Source: Planctomycetota bacterium
GTDB taxonomy: Bacteria; Planctomycetota; SZUA-567; H5-PLA8
Reading direction: 5' to 3'
Assembly (NCBI GenBank): GCA_038227875.1
Contig: JBBRPR010000067.1
Location: 1-43,178, forward strand
DNA: 43,178 nt
The notes under the pieces are model-generated. The model did not search any database. It saw only the letters and a program-made list of their open reading frames with translations, and had not been told where the DNA came from. Shown here piece by piece: positions 20,088 through 25,816 of this stretch. A program made the position numbers and the translations under genes. Within the stretch, counting starts at the first letter, position 1, and each line of letters opens with the position of its first letter.

Positions 20088-20271
20088 ATGGCATACCTTG
20101 AAGTGCTTCGTCGCATGCTATTTGGGATTATTGATCGGGTCCAGAGTGTAACCAAGGACTCCTGTTCGAATCTCTGGAGCCCCAAGTGTGGAGAGTTTTG
20201 CGGGGGCGGCGCACCGCGAAGCGAGTTCGCGATGCGCAGCGAAATTTAAAATTGAGTTGAAAGCACCAGAG

Positions 20272-20655
20272 CTAGTGAAGCATCTGCTTTTCTTCTGAAC
20301 AAATGGCCGCTGGCCGCCACAACTTCAACTTTCGAAACACCCGCGCGTCCGCGCTCGGATGCACGGCCAGAGCGGTCATCGCGTGCTGCAGGTCCGGCTC
20401 GATGAAAAATTCGCTGGCGACGCCACGAGCGGTAAGCTCGCGGTGCCAACGTCTCAATTCCGGTTCGTTTTCGACGCCGAGGACGACCAGCGTTTTATGC
20501 TCGGCGGCCCAGTTGCGGACCTATGGGTCCGCGCCGTGCTTGAGCATGAATTCGGCCAGCGCGTGGGCGGTCTGGACGACCGCCTGCGCTGGGGTGAGGT
20601 CCTGGCGCGTCAGGATGTAGAGCCTGCGCGCGTTCGTCTCATCACGATTGCCCAT
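20272..20655 (-). CDS. PTH2-like (PTRHD1/phage-type) peptidyl-tRNA hydrolase interrupted by one in-frame amber TAG (codon 45, 20523-20521); recoded gene or pseudogene
   Basis: MGNRDETNARRLYILTRQDLTPAQAVVQTAHALAEFMLKHGADP*VRNWAAEHKTLVVLGVENEPELRRWHRELTARGVASEFFIEPDLQHAMTALAVHPSADARVFRKLKLW...; both halves in the same frame with PTH2-like motifs; SD GGGAGG. Confidence 0.8.
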
Positions 20656-21166
20656 GTTGCGCCTCCCGTCTGGCGGCGGTAAAGCGTTCGGCTTCCGCGA
20701 AACGTTCCGGGTCGGCCGCCAGTTCAATCAACGTGGACGAGAGCGACGCCAGCGCGCTGAAGATCAACGCAGAAGCCTTTGCGCGCGAGACGTGATGCGC
20801 AAACTTGCCAGCGCGGACGGCTTTCCGGACGTCCTTCTTCAGCGGCAGTGCGCCGTTGCCAAACTTCAGCAGATGAAGCGCCGTGAGCCAGCGCGACGCC
20901 TCCTCGCGGGCGGCGAGATACTCCGGCCAGCTGGGATGGGGCGGCGAGATGCAGGCGGTGACTTTTTCGTAGGCTTCCCAACGCTGCGTCCATCCGGCGT
21001 CGAGATCGAAGGCGCATTTGCGGCGGCACCTGAACACCGCGCCGTCGGGCGAAACGTAGACCCATTTCTGAGCCGTCTCGGATTTGAACGCGTCGGACTT
21101 CAACCGGCGAATCCGTTCGGAAACCTGAGCGACGTGGAACTGCAAGACCTGTGTAATCGTGACCAT
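20642..21166 (-). CDS. Hypothetical 174-aa protein overlapping the start of the PTH2-like gene
   Basis: Start MVTITQVL after SD GAGGAG; ends in TGA; 14-bp overlap with the downstream gene. Confidence 0.75.
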   Translation of the reverse strand: MVTITQVLQFHVAQVSERIRRLKSDAFKSETAQKWVYVSPDGAVFRCRRKCAFDLDAGWTQRWEAYEKVTACISPPHPSWPEYLAAREEASRWLTALHLLKFGNGALPLKKDVRKAVRAGKFAHHVSRAKASALIFSALASLSSTLIELAADPERFAEAERFTAARREAQHGQS

Positions 21167-21174
21167 GTGTAAAA

Positions 21175-21233
21175 CTCCTCGCAAAAAGGTTGGTTGTGAA
21201 ACTGCACGCGAACGTGGGAACCAGCCTGCGAGG
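21175..21233 (-). promoter_or_regulatory. SD-sequestering hairpin upstream of the 174-aa gene
   Basis: CCUCGCA pairs with UGCGAGG (covers GAGG of SD GAGGAG), UGGUU/AACCA, apical CACG-UUCG-CGUG. Confidence 0.7.
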
Positions 21234-21260
21234 TCACGGCGGACGGAAGACCTAGAGCAT
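21234..21260 (-). CDS. uORF2 / minigene ATG-CTC-TAG (ML*; readthrough product ML-X-VFRPP ending at TGA)
   Basis: Strong SD AAAGGAG 5 nt before ATG at 21260; TAG 21254-21252; next stop TGA 21236-21234 directly abuts the SD-sequestering hairpin. Confidence 0.6.
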
Positions 21261-21311
21261 GGCGTCTCCTTTCGGATGGCTTGGAATGTGTAAGTGAGAA
21301 TGGATGCGCGC

Positions 21312-21348
21312 AAAAACAAAAAGGCCAACGGGAACGCCGCTGACCTTT
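21312..21348 (-). terminator. Intrinsic terminator/attenuator inside the leader
   Basis: AAAGGTCAGCGG-CGTTC-CCGTTGGCCTTT followed by TTGTTTTT. Confidence 0.8.
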
Positions 21349-21383
21349 AGTTTATGAGGTGTGGAAGGGGTGTGGAAAGAGAT

Positions 21384-21401
21384 CTAGAGAAAACCGCGCA
21401 T
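21384..21401 (-). CDS. uORF1 leader peptide MRGFL* ending in TAG
   Basis: SD AAAGGA 6 nt before ATG CGC GGT TTT CTC TAG; the frame stays open past the TAG through the terminator and is in frame with uORF2. Confidence 0.55.
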   Translation of the reverse strand: MRGFL

Positions 21402-21435
21402 CGTTAGTCCTTTGAGTTGCCTGCTTATGCACTTA

Positions 21436-21464
21436 CCTATACCTCGCGAAAAGCAGGAAGTCAA
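21436..21464 (-). promoter_or_regulatory. Candidate sigma-70 promoter for the leader, immediately 3' of the CUA tRNA
   Basis: TTGACT-N17-TATAGG on the minus strand. Confidence 0.5.
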
Positions 21465-21468
21465 ATTT

Positions 21469-21544
21469 TGGTGGCCCCGGCGGGAGTCTCACCCGCAACC
21501 GCAAGCTTTAGAGGCGAGCTGCTCTGGAATTGAGCTACGGGACC
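21469..21544 (-). tRNA. Atypical tRNA with CUA anticodon (amber suppressor / tRNA-Pyl-like)
   Basis: GGTCCCG TA GCTC AATTCCA GAGC A GCTCGC CTCTAAA GCTTGC GGTT GCGGG TGAGACT CCCGC CGGGGCC ACCA: 76 nt, paired acceptor, D and T stems, encoded CCA, loop CU-CUA-AA. Anticodon stem has two pyrimidine mismatches, D-loop lacks GG, T-loop lacks TTC. Confidence 0.85.
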
Positions 21545-21548
21545 GCGT

Positions 21549-21583
21549 TGGGGTTAGTGAACCCCATGAGAGGAGGTTGTCAA
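21549..21583 (-). promoter_or_regulatory. Promoter of the CUA tRNA with operator-like palindrome over the -10 region
   Basis: TTGACA at 21583-21578; TGGGGTT-CACT-AACCCCA inverted repeat at 21566-21549; -10 match is weak. Confidence 0.6.
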
Positions 21584-21624
21584 GGGTGACGTGATCGCGA
21601 CATTCGACTCATCGCGACTCGCCG

Positions 21625-22875
21625 TCATTCCTTGAACAGCGCCAGCACGCGCTGCTTTGCCCACTCGGTGCCGAGATAGCCGAGGTGGCCGCCGCGGGGC
21701 AGCACGGTCAGGCGACCGGGGGGCGCGTCGCGTTGAACGTACTTCAATAATATGGGATCGTTGAGCGGATCGTCGGCCGTCAACACCACGTGGACATTGT
21801 CGCCGGTTTGCGGGAGCAGTTTGCCCAGGTCGCCGAACGACCAGAGATCCTCGAGCGAACTGACGCGCTTCTTGTCCTCCCAGTACGGAAAGACCACCTG
21901 CTCGATGAACCGCGAAAACGCGTAGCGGTGCTTGTCGCCGCCGTTGCCGTCCGAGGGCAGATCGGGGAGTTCGTACTTGTAGACGTTCTTTGACGTATTG
22001 ATCGCGTCGGTCAAATCGTCGTGAAAAACGTATCCGATGCCGGCGCGCATCAGCGAATCGGTGAACGGAATCGCCTTCTCCGGGCTGACGGGTTCGTGGC
22101 CCTTCATCTTCCACAGGTCGAGCAGGCCGAACTTGGAGCGGTCTTCGTCGTACATCTTATCCAGCAGTGTCGCGGAGACGTGCATGCTGACCGGCGGCGA
22201 AAAGACGAGGACGCGGTCGGGCTTCAGCGTGATCTTGTTGGTCTTTGCCAGGCGCGCAAAGTTCAGCGCAAGGATGCCGCCGTAACTGGCGCCGAGCAGG
22301 CCGAGCTTCGTGACTTTGCCTTCCAACAGCGAGTGCTGTTCGAACGAGTTGATCACATTGGCCGCGGAGATCGCTTCCATCTCCAGGTTGCCGGCGACGC
22401 CGTGGTTGGAACTTTTGTTGAACGACGAGCGGAAGATGGAGTCGAAGGTCATCACGTGGCAGCCGGCTTCGTAAAGCTGCGCTTCCCACAGCCGCGCGAG
22501 CGGATCCTTGCTCTTGGAGGCCAGCCCGAGAAAGATCACGACCAGCGGAGCCGGATGGTCCTGCAGCATCGCGCGGACTTCCAGGTCCTTCTTGAAACCG
22601 TAGACCTTCAGCTTGAGTTTCTGCTCGCCCTTCAGATCCGGAGTTTTGAAGCTGGTCATCGCCGTCAACGTGGCATAAAGCCCGTTGTTGCATGAAAAGG
22701 TGTAGGGCACCGTCGGGATCGCCGCATCGAGCACGGCATTCGCCGCTTGAACGACGGCAGCGGACCCGGGTGCTGGGGCGGGCGCCGTGGAATTCAACGC
22801 CACCGGCCCGGCTTCTTCAGCCGCAGCGAGCATGAAAATGGAGCAGAGGAACAGCGCAACGCCGAGTCGTTTCAT
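21625..22875 (-). CDS. Secreted alpha/beta-fold hydrolase
   Basis: Start MKRLGVAL after SD AAAGGA; signal peptide; LLGASYGG nucleophile elbow, ADDPLN, RGGHLGY. Confidence 0.85.
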   Translation of the reverse strand: MKRLGVALFLCSIFMLAAAEEAGPVALNSTAPAPAPGSAAVVQAANAVLDAAIPTVPYTFSCNNGLYATLTAMTSFKTPDLKGEQKLKLKVYGFKKDLEVRAMLQDHPAPLVVIFLGLASKSKDPLARLWEAQLYEAGCHVMTFDSIFRSSFNKSSNHGVAGNLEMEAISAANVINSFEQHSLLEGKVTKLGLLGASYGGILALNFARLAKTNKITLKPDRVLVFSPPVSMHVSATLLDKMYDEDRSKFGLLDLWKMKGHEPVSPEKAIPFTDSLMRAGIGYVFHDDLTDAINTSKNVYKYELPDLPSDGNGGDKHRYAFSRFIEQVVFPYWEDKKRVSSLEDLWSFGDLGKLLPQTGDNVHVVLTADDPLNDPILLKYVQRDAPPGRLTVLPRGGHLGYLGTEWAKQRVLALFKE

Positions 22876-23091
22876 AGCCGTCGGATTCCTTTCGTTCAGA
22901 TTCGCGATATAGAGGTGACGTTCGAGGCACGGATATACTCGGAGAATTCCATTTCGCATGGCAGAAAAATATCACGGCCTGCGAGAGGCCGCGGTTTGAG
23001 AGAATTATTAATTTACTGCGCATAATCGCACGCTTCTATTGGCCTGCGAAAATTAGGAATTCAAAATTCAAAATTGTCCTAGAGCCCGCCT

Positions 23092-23850
23092 CTACCATTC
23101 CCCCTTGCGCCCGAATTTCGTGCGCGCGGCGGCTTGAAATTCCTTGCCGGCCTGGTTGAGCGCGCTCAGCACCTGCTCCGGCCCGCCCGGCGTCGTGCAG
23201 GCTGGCAGTAGCGTTTTGCATTCGTTGCCGTCCATGAATTGCGCGGCGTCCAGCAGCGCGGCTTCGTCCTGCCGCGGAATGGCGAGAAAACCGTGTTTGT
23301 CGGCATGGATCAACTGCCCGGGCTCGACGGTCCGGCCGAACACTTCAACGGCGCAGTTCCACTTCACCGGACACGAATGTGCGTGCCCGACGCACAGCCG
23401 CCGCGCGAGGGCTTTGAAGCCGGCGGCGTTCATCTCATCCAGATCGCGGATGCCGCCGTCGATGATCGTTCCGACACAGCCCAGCGCTCGGTGAATGCTC
23501 GAATTCACCTCGCCCCAGAACGCGCCGTACAGGTGCGGCTTGTCGAGGTCCTGCACGACCACGATCTTTGGGCCGGGTACGCTGGCCACGTACGCGCGGT
23601 ATTCGCTCCACGCATTCGGATTGCGCTTCGGCGGCTCCGGATTTCCCGGCTGGATCACGACCGTGATCGCATAGCCGACCATCGGTCCCATGTGCGGCAT
23701 GAAATCGCGGACGTCTTCAAGATTAAAACCGTCACGCGCCGCGTTGCTGTGGGTGGTCTGCTCCCAGCCGTTGTAAATGGTCGGCGTGTTCCAGCGTTTG
23801 AGCTGCCACAACGTGGCGTTCGGCAGGCGACCTTCATCGGGATTGGACAT
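23092..23850 (-). CDS. RraA/HMG-aldolase family protein
   Basis: Start MSNPDE after SD GAGGAG; NTPTIYNG, PMVGYAITV, FWGEVNS, GTIIDGGIRDLDE, PGQLIHADKHG. Confidence 0.88.
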   Translation of the reverse strand: MSNPDEGRLPNATLWQLKRWNTPTIYNGWEQTTHSNAARDGFNLEDVRDFMPHMGPMVGYAITVVIQPGNPEPPKRNPNAWSEYRAYVASVPGPKIVVVQDLDKPHLYGAFWGEVNSSIHRALGCVGTIIDGGIRDLDEMNAAGFKALARRLCVGHAHSCPVKWNCAVEVFGRTVEPGQLIHADKHGFLAIPRQDEAALLDAAQFMDGNECKTLLPACTTPGGPEQVLSALNQAGKEFQAAARTKFGRKGEW

Positions 23851-23866
23851 GGGTGAACTCCTCGAA

Positions 23867-24709
23867 TTAACGCGCGAATACCGGCTGCTCGACGCCGCGC
23901 CCACGCACTGCGCTGCGGTTGCGACCGTAAGCTTGCAGTTTTCCACCGAAGAAGGCCAGCGCTTCCAGTTCCCGCGGAGACAATCGCGACGGTTCCGGCG
24001 TCGCGAAGTAGCGCAGGTCCATGCTCCAACGGACCGTCTGCGTAAGGTTCAGCTTGCTGGCGTGAAACGTGAGATTGGTGAAAAGCAACACGTCGCCGCG
24101 CTTCATCGGCACGGGGATCGGCGCGCCGCGTTTTTCGACGTCTTCGAAGGTGCGGATGTTCATGTCCTCGCCGCGTTTTCCGCCGAGCAATCCCCAGCGG
24201 TGGCTTCCGGGGATCACCCAGAGGCAACCGTTGTCGATGTTCACGTCGACCAGCGGAATCCACGCAGTAACAATATGCAGATGCTGCGTCGGCTCGCCGT
24301 AATACTGGCTGTCCTGATGCCACGGAAAGGACGTCAACGTGTCGTCGGGAAGTTTGGGGCGCAGATGAAAATCGCCGCTGAACGAGATGTCCGGTCCGAG
24401 CACGAGTTCCAGCGCGTCGATCACGCCTGGACTTCGCACCAACCCGCTGAGCGCCGCCGGGCTCAAGACCTCGTCCCACGCGCGCATGCCGGCCTTTTTT
24501 CCACGGTAGAGACTCGCCAAGCGCCGGTCGAAGGACTCAGCGGAGTGCAATTCTGTAATCTTCCCGTCGGCGAGCATCGACTGCGCGTGAGTCTCGACGC
24601 CGGCGACGATGCAGGACTCCACCAGTGCGATTTCGTCGGCCAGAACCGCGCCGGGAATGAGGCAGAATCCGTCCGTTTCGTACTGTTGGCGCAGTGCTGC
24701 GGTGTCCAT
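23867..24709 (-). CDS. Phytanoyl-CoA dioxygenase (PhyH) family Fe(II)/2-oxoglutarate dioxygenase
   Basis: YETDGF, PWHQDSQY (HxD), TAWIPL.DV...NGCLWVIPGSH, GDVLLF...TFHAS..N, RWSMDLRY. Confidence 0.92.
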   Translation of the reverse strand: MDTAALRQQYETDGFCLIPGAVLADEIALVESCIVAGVETHAQSMLADGKITELHSAESFDRRLASLYRGKKAGMRAWDEVLSPAALSGLVRSPGVIDALELVLGPDISFSGDFHLRPKLPDDTLTSFPWHQDSQYYGEPTQHLHIVTAWIPLVDVNIDNGCLWVIPGSHRWGLLGGKRGEDMNIRTFEDVEKRGAPIPVPMKRGDVLLFTNLTFHASKLNLTQTVRWSMDLRYFATPEPSRLSPRELEALAFFGGKLQAYGRNRSAVRGRGVEQPVFAR

Positions 24710-24832
24710 GGCTGCGAGGCTCCTTGCCGATTAACTCCGTGTTGAATGCTCACGGCACAATACGGTTTGAAACGCGGACGATCTACGGTAATTAAATAGG
24801 ATCGACGGTAAGAACGTAAGGACACTTCAGCG

Positions 24833-25720
24833 ATGCGCATCCGCCCGCCCGAAAACACCCGCACGTATTATCTGGCCTTGCTGGATGAACTGATCGAAAC
24901 GCGCGCGGTGAAGACGCTGAGCATCGGCGGCGTGCAAGTACAGTCCGTGCGCGACGGCGATCCGCCGATGCGCGTGGACGAACACGCGCGCCTGAAAATC
25001 GTGCTCAAAGGTTCGCAGAAGCACGGCGTCAGCCGCGCGGGCGAGCGGTTGGACCTGAATCTGAAACCCGGCCATGCCGTCTACTGGGCGCCGCACGCGT
25101 GGACGCTGCCGCACTACGACACGCCCTGCACGTTTTTCGGCATCGTCTTCCGCCGCAATTTCATGCGCACGCTTGTCGCGCAAATCGCCGGCGGACCGCC
25201 GCCAGGCACCACGCCGTTCTGGTACCACACCCGCGCGCCGATCACCGGCCCGGCCGTGCATCTGCTCGCGGCGCTCAACGAACAGGCCGAACGCCCCGGT
25301 GATGCGGAGATCGATCTGCCGATCTTCACCGCGCTGCTGCGCCTGTCGCGCGAGCACCTCGCCCGCGACGCCGACGATCCGTCACAGAATTCACGCGCGC
25401 TGCAAACCTTTCAGCGCCTGACGGATTATCTGCATCAGAATTACGCCGAACCGATTACGCGTGATTCCGTCGCGGCGGCGCTCGATTTACATCCCAATTA
25501 CCTGTCGGCGCTCTGCACCCAGATCGGCAAGCGTTCGTTTCACGACACGCTGGAAACGTTGCGCCTGGACCACGCACGGCACTTGCTACGTCAGTCCGAT
25601 TTGAAGCTCGACCGCATCGCGCAGCTCAGCGGTTACGCGTCGACGAATTATTTCATCAAGGTCTTCCGGAGATTGACGCGGACGACGCCGGGGAAGTATC
25701 GCGTGCAGCTCAAGCTCTAG
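24833..25720 (+). CDS. AraC-family transcriptional regulator, divergent from the PhyH-RraA operon
   Basis: C-terminal YLHQNYAEPIT..VAAALDLHPNYLS, LRLDHARHLL, IAQLSGYASTNYFIKVFRRLTRTTPGKYR. Confidence 0.93.
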   Translation: MRIRPPENTRTYYLALLDELIETRAVKTLSIGGVQVQSVRDGDPPMRVDEHARLKIVLKGSQKHGVSRAGERLDLNLKPGHAVYWAPHAWTLPHYDTPCTFFGIVFRRNFMRTLVAQIAGGPPPGTTPFWYHTRAPITGPAVHLLAALNEQAERPGDAEIDLPIFTALLRLSREHLARDADDPSQNSRALQTFQRLTDYLHQNYAEPITRDSVAAALDLHPNYLSALCTQIGKRSFHDTLETLRLDHARHLLRQSDLKLDRIAQLSGYASTNYFIKVFRRLTRTTPGKYRVQLKL

Positions 25721-25816
25721 CGGCCCGTTGAAAGGGCGATTCCGCCCAGGTTCTCCATGAAACGTCTGGCAGTAAAGGCGTTTCGCGGCGTAGGACAAGG
25801 GTTCATCAACGGGCTG
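25721..25816. mobile_element. ~96-bp MITE/REP-like repeat, copy 2
   Basis: CGGCCCGTTG...CAACGGGCTG terminal inverted repeats, same internal hairpin as copy 1, 5' flank CTAG (AraC stop codon). Confidence 0.7.

Noticed and set aside
20642..21328. 228-aa version of the hypothetical protein starting at TTG 21328
   Set aside because: That start lies inside the terminator hairpin with no SD; ATG 21166 has SD GAGGAG.
21469..21544. Reading the atypical tRNA as tRNA-Arg(UCU) or as bona fide tRNA-Pyl
   Set aside because: Centring on UCU leaves almost no anticodon-stem pairing and no U33. True tRNA-Pyl is disfavoured by A73, the 2-nt linker and no pyl genes in view, though not excluded without the whole genome.
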